From Escherichia coli (lineage in GTDB: Bacteria > Pseudomonadota > Gammaproteobacteria > Enterobacterales > Enterobacteriaceae): a stretch of DNA of 64,000 bases. This document shows, piece by piece, positions 16,973-31,976 of the stretch. The first letter of the stretch is position 1; the number at the start of each line of letters is the position of its first letter. The DNA lies in the NCBI RefSeq assembly GCF_003019035.1, contig NZ_CP027447.1; one strand, 5' to 3'. A program made the translations under genes and the position numbers. A model generated the notes under the pieces. The model made no database searches and was not told the origin of the DNA. It was given only the letters and a program-made list of their open reading frames with translations.

Positions 16973-18514
16973 TTACCAGGATTGGGTTGCTTTGAAGGAA
17001 TCGAGGATGCCTTTCAGCTTGCCTTCGATTTCGTCGTTGTAGCCACCGGTCTGGTTGATCTCTTGCATCAACGGAGCGTGATCACGGTCGACGTAAGCCA
17101 GCAGAGCGGCTTCGAAGCTGCCGATTTTCGACAGTTCAACATCCGCCAGGTAACCACGTTCTGCTGCGAAAAGAACCAAAGACTGTTGCGCTACGGACAT
17201 CGGCGCATACTGTTTCTGTTTCAGCAGTTCGGTCACTTTCTGACCGTGGTCAAGCTGCTTACGTGTTGCATCGTCAAGGTCGGATGCAAACTGAGAGAAC
17301 GCTGCCAGTTCACGATACTGTGCCAGAGCGGTACGGATACCACCGGACAGTTTTTTCATGATCTTGGTCTGTGCTGCACCACCAACACGGGATACGGAAA
17401 TACCCGGGTTAACCGCAGGACGAATACCGGCGTTGAACAGGTTGGTTTCCAGGAAGATCTGACCATCGGTAATGGAGATTACGTTGGTCGGAACGAACGC
17501 AGAAACGTCACCCGCCTGAGTTTCGATAATCGGCAGCGCGGTCAGAGAACCGGTTTTCCCTTTCACTTCACCTTTGGTGAAGGCTTCAACGTATTCGGCG
17601 TTAACACGCGCAGCACGCTCCAGCAGACGAGAGTGGAGGTAGAATACGTCGCCCGGGAATGCTTCACGTCCTGGCGGACGACGGAGCAGCAGGGAGATCT
17701 GACGGTAAGCAACAGCCTGTTTAGACAGGTCATCGTAAATGATCAGCGCATCTTCACCGCGGTCACGGAAGTATTCGCCCATTGCGCAACCAGCGTACGG
17801 TGCCAGATATTGCAGTGCAGCGGATTCAGACGCGGTTGCTACCACAACGATGGTGTTAGCCAGTGCGCCGTGCTCTTCCAGTTTACGTACCACGTTAGAA
17901 ATGGTGGACGCTTTCTGGCCGATAGCGACATAGATACATTTGATACCGGAATCGCGCTGGTTGATGATGGCATCGATAGCCAGTGCGGTTTTACCGGTCT
18001 GACGGTCACCGATGATCAATTCACGCTGACCACGACCAATTGGGATCATGGAGTCAACGGCTTTATAACCGGTCTGTACCGGCTGATCTACGGACTGACG
18101 TTCGATAACGCCCGGAGCGATTGCTTCTACAGCAGAGAAGCCGTCGTGATCCAGCGGACCTTTACCGTCGATTGGTGCACCCAGAGTGTTAACCACACGG
18201 CCCAGCAGGCCACGGCCAACCGGAACTTCCAGGATACGGCCAGTACACTTAACTTTCATGCCTTCGGCAAGGTCAGCGTACGGACCCATAACAACCGCAC
18301 CTACAGAGTCGCGCTCGAGGTTCAGTGCGATAGCGTAACGGTTACCCGGCAGGGAGATCATTTCACCCTGCATACAATCGGCCAGGCCGTGAATGCGGAT
18401 AACACCGTCACTTACAGAAACAATAGTACCTTCGTTGTGAGCTTCACTCACAACATTGAACTGAGCAATGCGCTGCTTGATCAGTTCGCTGATTTCGGTG
18501 GAATTCAGTTGCAT
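16973..18514 (-). CDS. atpA: ATP synthase F1 alpha subunit
   Basis: 513 aa ORF with P-loop GDRQTGKT. Confidence 0.98.
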
Positions 18515-18526
18515 GCTCCAGTCCCC

Positions 18527-19060
18527 TTAAGACTGCAAGACGTCTGCAAGGCGCTCAAGACGACCGCGTACGCTGCCATCAATGACCATATCACCCGCTC
18601 GGATGATAACGCCTGCCATTACAGACTTATCGATTTTGCAATTCAGCTTAACTTTGCGTGACAGACGTTTTTCCATCGCAGCAGAAATTTTCGCGAGCTG
18701 TTGTTCACTCAGTGCGGCAGCGGAAATGACGTCTACCTCAGCGGTAGCCTCACTCACAGCACGCAGGTGAATAAACTGCTCCAGAACATCCGGGAGCGCG
18801 TTAAGACGACCATTTTCGGCCATTACCCGAATCAGGTTCTGACCGTTTTCGTCCAGTTGCTCACCACAAACTGCGATAAACGACTCGGCGAGCGTTTCTG
18901 GCGCAAGCGCGCCAGAGAGAAGCTCTGCCATTTGTTCGTTTTTGGTTACCTCGGCGGCAAACGCCAGCATGTCCTGCCAGCGTTCTACACTTTGGTGTTC
19001 GACGGCAAAGTCAAAAGCTGCTTTGGCGTAGGGGCGAGCTACCGTAATAAATTCAGACAT
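18527..19060 (-). CDS. atpH: ATP synthase F1 delta subunit
   Basis: 177 aa ORF at the expected operon position. Confidence 0.95.
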
Positions 19061-19074
19061 CAGCCCCTCCCTCC

Positions 19075-19545
19075 TTACAGTTCAGCGACAAGTTTATCCA
19101 CGATGTCGCTGTTAGCAGCTTCATCCACGGAACGTTCGATGATCTTCTCGGCGCCAGCAACAGCCAGGATAGCAACTTGCTTACGCAGCTCTTCACGGGC
19201 ACGTTTACGCTCGGCTTCAATTTCCGCCTGCGCCTGGGCCACGATTTTAGTACGTTCCTGCTCTGCTTCAGCTTTAGCTTCGTCCAGAATCTGCGAGCGG
19301 CGTTTGTTCGCCTGCTCGATGATTACCTGGGCTTCCGCTTTCGCTTTTTTCAGCTGGTCGGTCGCGCTGGCCTTTGCAAGGTCAAGGTCCTTATGTGCTC
19401 GTTCTGCGGAAGCAAGGCCGTCAGCAATTTCTTTTTGACGTTTTTCGATGGCTGCCATTAATGGCGGCCATACGTACTTCATGCAGAACAGAACGAACAG
19501 GACAAACGCGATGGCCTGGCCGAGGATTGTTGCGTTAAGATTCAC
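19075..19545 (-). CDS. atpF: ATP synthase Fo b subunit
   Basis: 156 aa ORF with N-terminal membrane anchor and charged coiled-coil. Confidence 0.95.
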
Positions 19546-19589
19546 AGCACAATGCCTCTATTTAGTTAACGTTCTGATATTGCTCTTTA

Positions 19590-19864
<275 letters not shown>

Positions 19865-19892
19865 TCAGTTAAAACGTAGTAGTGTTGGTAAA

Positions 19893-21097
<1,205 letters not shown>

Positions 21098-21713
21098 CAC
21101 GTTTTTCACTCCTGCTCCCTTCGAGGTATGCCGCGTGTCGTATAAAACTTTCTTTAAGGCTTAGAGTCAAGCATCAAAAAGCGGTCAAATTATACGGTGC
21201 GCCCCCGTGATTTCAAACAATAAGTAGCCAAAAGGTGAATAAATGTTTAAATATTTTTCCAGTGCATACAATTGCGACTTTTCTGCAAACCCTGTTCGAT
21301 CATGAAAAACTGTAAATAACGCGTAAACACTGGTGATAAAGCGTGCTTCAGATCACATATTGAGCATGTTCGCGCACAGCATATTTATTTACTTGGCAAA
21401 TGATGCCTTTGCAAGTTTATGATATTTCAGTCTAAAAACAGATACTGTTTTAATAAATGACATTTACACAACAAAAACCACCCATTGACATTTTTAATAA
21501 TGTTTTAACAGCCAATGATGATTCTTAGCGCCGATTTTTAGCAGACTGATATTTTCACTTATGACTTATTTTCTGCTTACCAAAAAAAGCCACGTTACTT
21601 TGTTGATGCAAAAGAGTGAACGTGGCGTTAAATGTAACCAGTTATATCAGTAGAAAACCTGGTTGTTGTTAACAGTCTAACCGGTCAATTTTTTATGATT
21701 TTTTTGATAAAAA

Positions 21714-22337
21714 TTAAATTTTATTTGCTTTAATCATCACCAGATGACGTTCGCCATCCAGGGCCGGAACGTGAAGTTTAACCACTGATTCGACCTGATA
21801 TTCTTCGGGCAACAAAGCGATTTCATCTTCCGGCATTTGGCCTTTCAGCGCGTAGAAACGACCTTGCTCACCAGGAAGATGGTGGCACCAGCTCACCATA
21901 TCGTTCAGAGAGGCAAAAGCGCGGCTAATTACGCCATCAAATGGCGGCTCAGAAGGAAACTCTTCTACCCTGCTCTGTACTGGCTCAATATTCTCCAGTT
22001 TAAGCTCATGTTGCACCTGACGAAGGAAACGCACGCGTTTACCAAGGCTATCCAACAACGTGAAGTGGGCTTCAGGACGCACGATAGAGAGTGGAATGCC
22101 AGGCAGTCCTGGTCCGGTGCCGACATCGATAAACCGTTCACCTTGCAGATACGGAGCTACCACAATGCTATCGAGAATATGGCGTACCAGCATCTCATTA
22201 GGATCGCGAACCGAAGTCAGGTTGTACGCTTTATTCCATTTATGCAGCATATTCACGTAGGCAATAAGCTGGTTTTTCTGGTGATCGGTAAGCGAAATAC
22301 CTGCGTCTTTCAGCAGTAAGGAGAGTTTGTTGAGCAC
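21714..22337 (-). CDS. rsmG: 16S rRNA m7G527 methyltransferase
   Basis: 207 aa ORF with SAM-binding motif ([10 protein letters not shown]); downstream of mnmG. Confidence 0.95.
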   Translation of the reverse strand: MLNKLSLLLKDAGISLTDHQKNQLIAYVNMLHKWNKAYNLTSVRDPNEMLVRHILDSIVVAPYLQGERFIDVGTGPGLPGIPLSIVRPEAHFTLLDSLGKRVRFLRQVQHELKLENIEPVQSRVEEFPSEPPFDGVISRAFASLNDMVSWCHHLPGEQGRFYALKGQMPEDEIALLPEEYQVESVVKLHVPALDGERHLVMIKANKI

Positions 22338-22400
22338 GGTGATTACCTGTTCTTGATGCGTTGCCTGGTAAGCGGGTGCTTACCAGGCATTTTTAATGCG

Positions 22401-24290
22401 TTATGCGCTACGACGCAGCATACCCTGTTTTTTCAGCCACACCAGCAGAATGGAGATGGCCGCAGGCGTGACGCCAGAAATACGCGAAGCCTGACCGATA
22501 GAGGCCGGTTTGTGATCGTTAAGTTTGGCGATCACTTCGTTAGAAAGACCGGATACCTGGCGGTAATCCAGCGTCGCTGGTAGCAGGGTGTTCTCGTTAC
22601 GCAGTTGCTTTTCGATCTCATCTTGCTGGCGCGCGATATAACCTTCGTATTTAACCTGAATCTCAACCTGTTCCGCCGCCTGTTCGTCTGTCAACGCAGG
22701 GGCAAACGGCGTCAGCGTGGTTAATTTTTCATAAGTCATTTCCGGACGACGCAGCAGATCTTCACCACTGGCTTCACGGGAAAGTGGCGCAGTCAGGTGA
22801 GCATTCACTTCGGCTGCAGCTTCCGCCGACGGGGTTACCCAGGTCGATTTCAGACGCTGACGCTCACGCTCGATATTCTCAAGTTTCTCGTTAAAGCGCG
22901 CCCAACGTTCGTCATCCACCAGGCCCAGTTCACGACCGATTTCAGTCAAACGCAGATCCGCATTATCTTCGCGCAGCATCAGACGATATTCTGCGCGCGA
23001 GGTAAACATACGATACGGTTCTTTGGTTCCTAAAGTGCACAGGTCATCAACCAGTACGCCGAGATACGCCTGAGAACGCGCCGGAGCCCAACCTTCTTTG
23101 TCTGCAGACAGACGGGCAGCGTTAAGACCAGCCAGCAAACCTTGCGCAGCGGCTTCTTCGTAACCGGTAGTGCCGTTAATCTGACCAGCAAAGAACAGCC
23201 CCTGGATAAACTTGCTCTCCAGCGTCGGTTTCAGGTCGCGTGGATCGAAGAAGTCATACTCAATGGCATAACCCGGACGCACGATCTTCGCGTTTTCCAT
23301 CCCCTGCATGGAGCGGACGATTTGCATCTGCACATCGAACGGCAGGCTGGTGGAGATACCGTTCGGATAAATTTCATTAGAGGTCAGTCCTTCCGGTTCA
23401 AGGAAGATCTGATGCTGATTTCTGTCGGCGAAGCGCATGACTTTGTCTTCGATCGACGGGCAGTAGCGTGGGCCGACACCTTCGATCACCCCTGCATACA
23501 TTGGGCTACGATCGAGGTTACTGCGGATCACATCATGGGTTTTCTCGTTGGTATGAGTGATATAACACGGCACCTGCTGGGGATGCTGGGACGCATTGCC
23601 CATAAACGAGAATACCGGCATTGGGTTATCGCCATGCTGTTGCGCCAGCACACTAAAGTCGATAGTTCGAGCATCAATACGCGGTGGTGTCCCGGTTTTC
23701 AGACGACCAACGCGCAGCGGCAGTTCACGCAAACGGCGAGAAAGCGGAATGGACGGCGGATCACCAGCACGGCCACCGCTGTAATTATCCAGACCGATAT
23801 GAATTTTACCGTCGAGGAACGTCCCAACGGTGAGCACGACGGCTTTGGCACGGAACTTCAGTCCCATTTGGGTAACAGCACCGACCACGCGATCGTTTTC
23901 GACAATAAGATCTTCAACCGCCTGCTGGAAGATCATCAGGTTCGGTTGGTTCTCCAGCGCCGTACGTACCGCCTGACGGTAGAGCACACGATCCGCCTGA
24001 GCTCGGGTAGCGCGAACCGCCGGTCCTTTGCTTGCGTTTAGTATCCTAAACTGGATACCTGCTTGATCGATCGCTTTCGCCATCAGACCGCCGAGTGCAT
24101 CCACTTCTTTTACCAGATGTCCCTTCCCAATACCGCCGATCGCCGGGTTGCAGCTCATCTGCCCCAGAGTGTCGATATTGTGTGTCAAAAGCAGAGTCTG
24201 TTGACCCATACGCGCCGCGGCCATCGCGGCCTCGGTGCCTGCATGACCCCCGCCAATGATGATGACGTCAAAAGGATCCGGATAAAACAT
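22401..24290 (-). CDS. mnmG: tRNA uridine 5-carboxymethylaminomethyl modification enzyme
   Basis: 629 aa ORF with N-terminal FAD-binding motif ([15 protein letters not shown]). Confidence 0.97.
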
Positions 24291-24376
24291 GGTGATTGCC
24301 TCGCATAACGCGGTATGAAAATGGATTGAAGCCCGGGCCGTGGATTCTACTCAACTTTGTCGGCTTGAGAAAGACC

Positions 24377-24650
24377 TGGGATCCTGGGTATTAAAAAGAA
24401 GATCTATTTATTTAGAGATCTGTTCTATTGTGATCTCTTATTAGGATCGCACTGCCCTGTGGATAACAAGGATCCGGCTTTTAAGATCAACAACCTGGAA
24501 AGGATCATTAACTGTGAATGATCGGTGATCCTGGACCGTATAAGCTGGGATCAGAATGAGGGGTTATACACAACTCAAAAACTGAACAACCGTTGTTCCT
24601 TGGATAACTACCGGTTGATCCAAGCTTCCTGACAGAGTTATCCACAGTAG
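24377..24650. other. chromosomal replication origin oriC
   Basis: Three AT-rich 13-mers gatctatttattt (24401..24413), gatctgttctatt (24417..24429), gatctcttattag (24432..24444); DnaA boxes tgtggataa (24458..24466), ttatacaca (24564..24572), ttatccaca (24638..24646); dense GATC sites; lies between mnmG and mioC. Confidence 0.95.
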
Positions 24651-24668
24651 ATCGCACGATCTGTATAC

Positions 24669-25112
24669 TTATTTGAGTAAATTAATCCACGATCCCAGCC
24701 ATTCTTCTGCCGGATCTTCCGGAATGTCGTGATCAAGAATGTTGATCTTCAGTGTTTCGCCTGTCTGTTTTGCACCGGAATTTTTGAGTTCAGCCTCGAG
24801 TTTATCAATAGCCCCACAAAAGGTGTCATATTCACGACTACCAATACCGATTGCGCCAAAGCGGACCGCAGAAAGATCGGGCTTCTGTTCCTGCAATGCT
24901 TCATAGAAAGGAGAAAGGTTGTCCGGAATATCTCCGGCACCGTGGGTTGAGCTGATAACCAGCCAGATCCCCGAGGCAGATAAATCTTCCAACAGCGGAC
25001 CGTGCAGCGTTTCGGTGGTAAAACCCGCCTCTTCCAGCTTTTCAGCCAGGTGTTCTGCTACATATTCGGCACCGCCGAGGGTGCTGCCGCTGATAAGAGT
25101 GATATCTGCCAT
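24669..25112 (-). CDS. mioC: FMN-binding flavodoxin-like protein MioC
   Basis: 147 aa ORF (MADITLISGSTLGGAEYVAEHLAEKLEEAGF...) transcribed toward oriC. Confidence 0.96.
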   Translation of the reverse strand: MADITLISGSTLGGAEYVAEHLAEKLEEAGFTTETLHGPLLEDLSASGIWLVISSTHGAGDIPDNLSPFYEALQEQKPDLSAVRFGAIGIGSREYDTFCGAIDKLEAELKNSGAKQTGETLKINILDHDIPEDPAEEWLGSWINLLK

Positions 25113-25201
25113 AAACCGCCACCTTTATTAAGAGTGGCGTATTGTACGCTGTGAACGCGTTGGGATCTACCTGTGGAAAAGTATGGGATTAAAAAAGCCG
25201 A

Positions 25202-25660
25202 TCAGGGCTTGATGGTACGCATGATCGGGTTCTGCAGGACGATCAGTGTCTCGGTGGACTGAATTTCATCAATTGTTTGGATCTTGTTGATAAGTACATG
25301 CTGGAGAGCATCGATCGAACGGCACATCACTTTTATAAAGATGCTGTAGTGACCGGTGGTGTAATAGGCTTCAGTGACTTCATCGAGGCTTTCCAGCTTT
25401 GCCAGCGCGGATGGATAGTCTTTGGCGCTCTTTAATATAATGCCGATAAAGCAGCCTACGTCATAACCAAGCTGCTTCGGGCTGACATCAATACGCGCCC
25501 CGGTAATGATCCCCGCCTGCTTCATTTTCTCTACTCGAACGTGAATCGTCCCCGGACTGACGCCAAATTGTTTCGCCAGTTCGGCGTAAGCGGTGCGCGC
25601 ATTGCCCATTAATGCTTCCAGGATGCCTCGGTCCAGATTGTCGATCAGATAATTTTCCAT
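25202..25660 (-). CDS. asnC: Lrp/AsnC-family transcriptional regulator AsnC
   Basis: 152 aa ORF with helix-turn-helix and RAM domain; divergent from asnA. Confidence 0.95.
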   Translation of the reverse strand: MENYLIDNLDRGILEALMGNARTAYAELAKQFGVSPGTIHVRVEKMKQAGIITGARIDVSPKQLGYDVGCFIGIILKSAKDYPSALAKLESLDEVTEAYYTTGHYSIFIKVMCRSIDALQHVLINKIQTIDEIQSTETLIVLQNPIMRTIKP

Positions 25661-25811
25661 AGGATTTTCTTATGCGGATTGATGATTCATTCTATTTTAG
25701 CCTTCTTTTTTAATGAATCAAAAGTACGCGAGGCTTTTTATTGAATGATTATTGCATGTGTATCGGGTTTTGTTGCTTAATCATAAGCAACAGGACGCAG
25801 GAGTATAAAAA

Positions 25812-26804
25812 ATGAAAACCGCTTACATTGCCAAACAACGTCAAATTAGCTTCGTGAAATCTCACTTTTCTCGTCAACTGGAAGAACGTCTGGGGCTGAT
25901 CGAAGTCCAGGCGCCGATTCTTAGCCGTGTGGGGGATGGCACGCAGGATAACTTGTCGGGCTGTGAAAAAGCGGTGCAGGTAAAAGTGAAAGCTCTGCCT
26001 GATGCCCAGTTCGAAGTGGTTCATTCACTGGCGAAGTGGAAGCGTCAGACCTTAGGGCAACACGACTTCAGCGCGGGCGAAGGGCTGTACACGCACATGA
26101 AAGCCCTTCGCCCCGATGAAGACCGTCTTTCCCCGTTGCACTCGGTCTATGTAGACCAGTGGGACTGGGAACGCGTAATGGGCGACGGCGAGCGTCAATT
26201 CTCGACTCTGAAAAGCACGGTAGAGGCGATCTGGGCGGGAATTAAAGCAACCGAAGCTGCAGTTAGCGAAGAGTTTGGCCTGGCACCGTTCCTGCCGGAT
26301 CAGATCCACTTCGTACACAGCCAGGAGTTACTGTCTCGTTATCCGGATCTCGATGCCAAAGGGCGTGAGCGGGCGATTGCGAAAGATCTTGGCGCGGTAT
26401 TCCTCGTCGGGATTGGCGGCAAGTTGAGTGATGGTCATCGCCACGACGTGCGCGCACCGGATTATGATGACTGGAGCACCCCGTCAGAGCTGGGCCATGC
26501 GGGTCTGAACGGCGATATTCTGGTGTGGAACCCGGTACTGGAAGATGCGTTTGAGCTTTCTTCCATGGGGATCCGCGTGGATGCCGACACGCTGAAGCAT
26601 CAGCTGGCGCTGACCGGTGACGAAGATCGCCTGGAGCTGGAGTGGCATCAGGCGCTGCTGCGCGGTGAAATGCCGCAGACCATCGGCGGCGGTATCGGCC
26701 AGTCTCGTTTGACCATGCTGCTGCTGCAACTGCCGCATATCGGCCAGGTTCAGTGTGGTGTATGGCCAGCTGCTGTTCGCGAGAGCGTCCCTTCTCTGCT
26801 GTAA
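25812..26804 (+). CDS. asnA: aspartate--ammonia ligase (asparagine synthetase A)
   Basis: 330 aa ORF ([40 protein letters not shown]...). Confidence 0.97.
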
Positions 26805-26808
26805 TCAT

Positions 26809-28260
26809 TTATCGCCGCCAGCGTCTGAGCAGGCGGCTTCGCATCCCGGTATCAAAGCGCCAGATATGATCGAAAATGCGCATGATGCCGGGTTTGCCAT
26901 GTGCAGACATCGCCACGGCATGAAAGCGATACTGATGTACCCGCTGCAACTCTTTCACTTTGCTCGTCACGTCGTCAGGCAATCGCTGGGCGATAAAATC
27001 AGAAATCACCACCGCATCGGCATCAAACCATTCCCGGCTTTGCAAGCGTTCCATAATGGCGCGAAAACAACTGGCCAGATCGGTGCCGCCACGAAACTGC
27101 TGGCTTAAAAAACGGATTGCTTGTTCGATGCCTTGTGGGCCTGAAAGCTCATAACGGACGATCTCGGTGGAAAATAGCATAATATAACAGCGCCGGTTTT
27201 CAGCGAGAGCAATGCGCATCAAAGCCAGGCAGAACGCTTTCGCACACTGTTCATTAAAGCCGCCCATTGAGCCGGAAGTATCCACACAGACAATAAACGG
27301 TCCGCGCGGCTGTTCGTCGTAATCTTTATGTACTACCGGGCGTTCAATCACTTTTTCACGCCACGACTCACCGTGCAGGCGATAGGTGAGCAACTGTTTT
27401 TCCACCAGTCGACGGTAAAACTCATACTCCAGTTCTGTTATCCCTAGTGTCGCCAGTTCTGGCGGCAGGAGACGTAAAATATCATCGCTTTGTTGCAGAC
27501 CATCAACCTGCTCAGGAACCGTCGCCGGTTCGCGCACCATGGTGCGGAAGGTTTCCATCTGCGCATCGTTGCGCGGTATTGATTTGGCTTCCCGGGAACG
27601 CCCCAGCTGTTCTGCCAGACGTTTCAGTTCCGGCTGTTCGTTAAGAAATTCACCGTATTTCACAATCAACTGATAGTCGCCACGTTTAAGCTGACCGGCG
27701 CTCATATCCCACAGACGACCAGCTGCGGTATTGTTATCTGCGAGAATCGGTTCAAGTTGCCCGCTCAGCGTCATGCGTTCCTGAACTTCACTCAACAGTT
27801 GTTCGCGTTCTTCTTCTAATAGCTGCTGATTTAACGTCGTTGCTTGCACGATCAGGCTTAAACGCCAGCGCTGGAGAAAAAGCGTGTGTAACGCTGAAGT
27901 GATCGTACTGTTAGCATCAACCAACTGTCGGGCTTGTTCTGCCCATGGGGAATTCAGACGATGCAGTAAGTCCAGGATCTGTGGTAGCTGCACAATAAAC
28001 TGCGGCGTGGAGAGGAGCTGGCTTTGCTGATAGCACATCACCTCTTCGGTGAGTTCCGGCGGGACTCGGGCATCTTTCAGCCGACTGCGCAGCGCCTCAC
28101 GCCAGCGGGGAACATCATCAGTGATAGCCGCCTTCAGTCGTGGGAATTTTTCAAAGAAGACCGCCAGCTGCGGTGAGGCCAGCAGCGCGATGATCATCTC
28201 TTCGATCAATCCCTCTTCGCTGACGGCCAGCATCACATTAAGCGTATCCAGCGTTAGCAT
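26809..28260 (-). CDS. viaA: von Willebrand factor A domain protein ViaA
   Basis: 483 aa ORF immediately downstream of ravA and overlapping it by 7 nt. Confidence 0.93.
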   Translation of the reverse strand: MLTLDTLNVMLAVSEEGLIEEMIIALLASPQLAVFFEKFPRLKAAITDDVPRWREALRSRLKDARVPPELTEEVMCYQQSQLLSTPQFIVQLPQILDLLHRLNSPWAEQARQLVDANSTITSALHTLFLQRWRLSLIVQATTLNQQLLEEEREQLLSEVQERMTLSGQLEPILADNNTAAGRLWDMSAGQLKRGDYQLIVKYGEFLNEQPELKRLAEQLGRSREAKSIPRNDAQMETFRTMVREPATVPEQVDGLQQSDDILRLLPPELATLGITELEYEFYRRLVEKQLLTYRLHGESWREKVIERPVVHKDYDEQPRGPFIVCVDTSGSMGGFNEQCAKAFCLALMRIALAENRRCYIMLFSTEIVRYELSGPQGIEQAIRFLSQQFRGGTDLASCFRAIMERLQSREWFDADAVVISDFIAQRLPDDVTSKVKELQRVHQYRFHAVAMSAHGKPGIMRIFDHIWRFDTGMRSRLLRRWRR

Positions 28261-29750
28261 TGTTGCGCCTGGCGAATCTGTGCACCGACATCCTGTAGGC
28301 TGGCTTCAATGCGACCTAACCAGTCGCCAGGGATAAACAGACATTTTTGCTGTTCGCTGAATAAAGCGTGTTGCTTGCGCCAGTCGCTTTCAAGCTCTTC
28401 CAGTTGTTGTTTTATTTCACCTGGCAGACCTTCAGCCGATGAACCGGGAAGTGCCAGCGTACTGCCTTGTAAACTTACATCGCGTACAACAAGATGTTGG
28501 GTGCTATCAACTTCCAGATTCAGTTTCTGGGCAAAGCCGATACCGTTTAGTTTGCCGCGAATTTCACCACCTTTGCTCAGCCACTGTTCCAGCGCGCTAC
28601 GCTCAAAGGTGATATGAACCACTTCCATATCATGCAGTTTTAACGGTTTTTGCAGCAGCAGAGTCAGAGTGGAAGCAGTAACGTTAACAGGGAGTTGATA
28701 CTGCTGACGACGGCTGAAAATGCCGCCCAGACGAATTACCGTTAAGGCTGTTTTATCGCTTTGTTGCTGCTGTAGTTGCAGGTGACGTTGCACAATCGCG
28801 CCCAGGCGGGTCAACATCCCTTGCTGTTGCCAGGCATGACCGGTCATCAATACATCGATTTGTTGTTGTATCAAATTCAGGCTTTGCGCGTCATACCACA
28901 GGCAATCTTTCAGCAAAATGAGATCAACCGGGGCAACAGCACTGCGACCGCTAAAAAAGGCGCTGGCCTGCAATAATCGAATCGCTTTTTTCCAGCGACG
29001 ATCCGAGACATAAGGCGCATCCGGTAATTTATCCAGTTGCTGGCGCAGCATAAAAATCAGCTCAAATACATGATCGGGCAGCGTAATTTCACCAATCTCT
29101 TTCTGCCAGCGTTCATATTCTTCATCTGTGACCTGCAAGGAGGCAGGAACCGGATTGTCGTTTTCATCCTGTTGACTGGTCAGCATGGAGCGGAAATTCG
29201 CTTTATCCTGCACTTTATCTAACCACAGACGAATCAGCATGCGGTCATATAACGCTTCCAGACTGCTGTCTGCTTCCGGCAGCTCGTTGGAGGCCGCCAC
29301 CAGCAGGCGCATCGGGATTTTTTCTACGTGTGCACCGTTGCGGAACTGGCGCTCGTTAATGGCGGTGAGCAGGGTATTAAGAATTGCCGGACCCGCTTTC
29401 CAGATCTCATCCAGAAAGACGATTTCTGCTTCCGGCAGGTAACCGCTGGTTAAACGTTCATAGCGCCCTTCATCTTTTAGCGCCTGAATAGAAAGGGGAC
29501 CAAAAACCTCTTCCGGCGTGGAGAAGCGAGTCATCAGATATTCAAACGCGCGGGCATTCTGAAAGGCGAATTTTAAGCGCCGGGCGATCAAACTTTTGGC
29601 AATACCTGGCGGGCCAAGGAGGAACACACTTTCACCACTTAATGCCGCTAATAAACACAAGCGGATGGCGTGGCTACGTTCATAAAGCCCCTTTTCCAAC
29701 GAACTGCTCAGGCGGGAAATTCTTTCCGCTAATAAATGAGGGTGAGCCAT
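28254..29750 (-). CDS. ravA: AAA+ MoxR-family ATPase RavA
   Basis: ORF 28254..29774 trimmed to the internal ATG ([27 protein letters not shown]...); Walker A GPPGIAKS. Confidence 0.93.
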   Translation of the reverse strand: MAHPHLLAERISRLSSSLEKGLYERSHAIRLCLLAALSGESVFLLGPPGIAKSLIARRLKFAFQNARAFEYLMTRFSTPEEVFGPLSIQALKDEGRYERLTSGYLPEAEIVFLDEIWKAGPAILNTLLTAINERQFRNGAHVEKIPMRLLVAASNELPEADSSLEALYDRMLIRLWLDKVQDKANFRSMLTSQQDENDNPVPASLQVTDEEYERWQKEIGEITLPDHVFELIFMLRQQLDKLPDAPYVSDRRWKKAIRLLQASAFFSGRSAVAPVDLILLKDCLWYDAQSLNLIQQQIDVLMTGHAWQQQGMLTRLGAIVQRHLQLQQQQSDKTALTVIRLGGIFSRRQQYQLPVNVTASTLTLLLQKPLKLHDMEVVHITFERSALEQWLSKGGEIRGKLNGIGFAQKLNLEVDSTQHLVVRDVSLQGSTLALPGSSAEGLPGEIKQQLEELESDWRKQHALFSEQQKCLFIPGDWLGRIEASLQDVGAQIRQAQQC

Positions 29751-29972
29751 AATGAAGTGGCGTCCTTTCGTCAAAAGTTCTGCGTAAATTGCGAGTATAG
29801 ACGTTTCTTGCTGGTGGCTAAAATAGTCTCAAAGGGGGGGTATTTTTCTTTGAGCCAGGTTAATGTGGCTGCATTTAGGAGTACGATTTTGCCGTTAATC
29901 GTGCATACTGTGCGCTTTTTTGTGGGCCAAGGGACTAAGCACACATTTCATATTTCAACGAAAGACTAGTCT

Positions 29973-31841
29973 ATGAGCACTGATAATAAGCAATCATTGC
30001 CCGCGATTACCCTCGCGGCGATTGGAGTTGTCTACGGCGATATTGGTACCAGCCCGTTATATACACTTCGTGAATGTTTGTCCGGCCAGTTTGGTTTTGG
30101 CGTTGAACGCGATGCCGTGTTTGGCTTTTTATCGCTGATCTTCTGGCTGCTAATCTTTGTGGTTTCCATTAAATATCTCACCTTCGTGATGCGGGCAGAT
30201 AACGCCGGTGAAGGGGGGATCCTGACGTTGATGTCGCTTGCCGGGCGTAACACGTCGGCGCGAACCACATCAATGCTGGTGATTATGGGGCTAATCGGCG
30301 GCAGCTTTTTCTATGGTGAAGTCGTCATAACACCCGCTATTTCGGTGATGTCAGCCATTGAAGGTCTGGAAATCGTCGCCCCGCAGCTGGATACCTGGAT
30401 AGTTCCCCTCTCAATTATCGTTCTCACTTTATTATTTATGATTCAAAAACATGGCACGGCTATGGTCGGTAAGCTGTTTGCGCCGATCATGCTGACCTGG
30501 TTTTTGATTCTGGCAGGGCTGGGGTTACGTAGCATTATTGCTAACCCGGAAGTGCTGCATGCACTGAATCCGATGTGGGCGGTGCATTTCTTCCTTGAAT
30601 ACAAAACGGTTTCTTTTATTGCATTAGGGGCAGTGGTGCTGTCGATTACGGGGGTCGAGGCGCTGTATGCCGATATGGGGCACTTTGGTAAGTTCCCTAT
30701 TCGCCTGGCGTGGTTCACCGTCGTATTACCTTCCTTAACCCTTAATTACTTCGGTCAGGGAGCGTTGTTGTTAAAGAACCCGGAAGCGATTAAGAACCCG
30801 TTCTTCCTGTTGGCACCGGACTGGGCGCTGATCCCACTGCTGATCATCGCCGCACTGGCGACGGTAATTGCCTCGCAGGCGGTTATCTCTGGCGTCTTCT
30901 CATTGACGCGTCAGGCGGTACGTCTGGGATATTTGTCGCCGATGCGCATTATTCACACCTCCGAAATGGAGTCAGGGCAAATCTATATTCCGTTTGTGAA
31001 CTGGATGCTCTATGTCGCGGTCGTGATTGTGATTGTCAGCTTTGAGCACTCCAGCAACCTGGCGGCGGCGTACGGGATTGCGGTGACCGGAACCATGGTG
31101 CTGACGTCTATTCTCTCGACTACCGTGGCACGTCAGAACTGGCACTGGAATAAGTATTTTGTTGCGCTGATCCTGATTGCTTTCCTTTGTGTCGATATTC
31201 CATTGTTCACCGCTAACCTCGATAAACTGCTCTCCGGCGGCTGGTTGCCATTGAGCCTCGGTACGGTGATGTTTATCGTGATGACCACCTGGAAGAGCGA
31301 ACGTTTCCGTTTGCTGCGGCGGATGCATGAACATGGTAACTCTCTGGAGGCGATGATTGCTTCGTTGGAGAAATCACCGCCCGTTCGCGTGCCCGGGACC
31401 GCGGTGTATATGTCACGTGCAATCAACGTCATTCCCTTTGCGCTGATGCATAACCTTAAACATAACAAGGTATTGCATGAGCGGGTGATTCTGTTAACTC
31501 TGCGCACCGAAGACGCGCCTTATGTCCATAACGTCCGTCGGGTACAGATTGAACAACTGTCGCCCACTTTCTGGCGCGTGGTGGCAAGTTATGGTTGGCG
31601 AGAAACGCCAAACGTGGAAGAAGTGTTCCACCGCTGCGGTCTGGAAGGATTAAGTTGCCGGATGATGGAAACCTCCTTCTTTATGTCGCATGAGTCGTTG
31701 ATTCTCGGCAAACGCCCGTGGTATTTGCGTCTGCGCGGTAAGCTGTACTTGCTGCTGCAACGTAATGCGCTGCGTGCGCCGGATCAATTTGAAATCCCGC
31801 CAAACAGGGTTATCGAACTGGGTACTCAGGTCGAAATCTAA
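29973..31841 (+). CDS. kup: low-affinity K+ uptake transporter Kup
   Basis: 622 aa polytopic ORF ([34 protein letters not shown]...). Confidence 0.97.
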
Positions 31842-31845
31842 CGCC

Positions 31846-31883
31846 AGACGCCTCCTTTCTCCATAAGGGGGCGTTTTTGTTTT
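31846..31883 (+). terminator. kup rho-independent terminator
   Basis: Stem acgcc...ggcgt followed by ttttgtttt just after the kup stop. Confidence 0.6.
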
Positions 31884-31976
31884 CATGGTTAATCACCATG
31901 TAAAACGTTTCGAGGTTGATCACATTTCCGTAACGTCACGATGGTTTTCCCAACTCAGTCAGGATTAAACTGCGGG

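Noticed and set aside
16982-18661. 559 aa ORF on the + strand
   Set aside because: Entirely antisense to atpA and atpH, whose products are unambiguous. The translation is low-complexity with no recognisable domain. Treated as a chance antisense frame.
26263-26808. 181 aa and 84 aa ORFs antisense to asnA
   Set aside because: Arg/Ala/Pro-rich low-complexity translations opposite a well-supported gene, with no start context.
29834-29840. G7 homopolymer in the ravA-kup intergenic region
   Set aside because: Intergenic, with no ORF affected and no evidence of function. Possibly a slip-prone tract but nothing supports a role.
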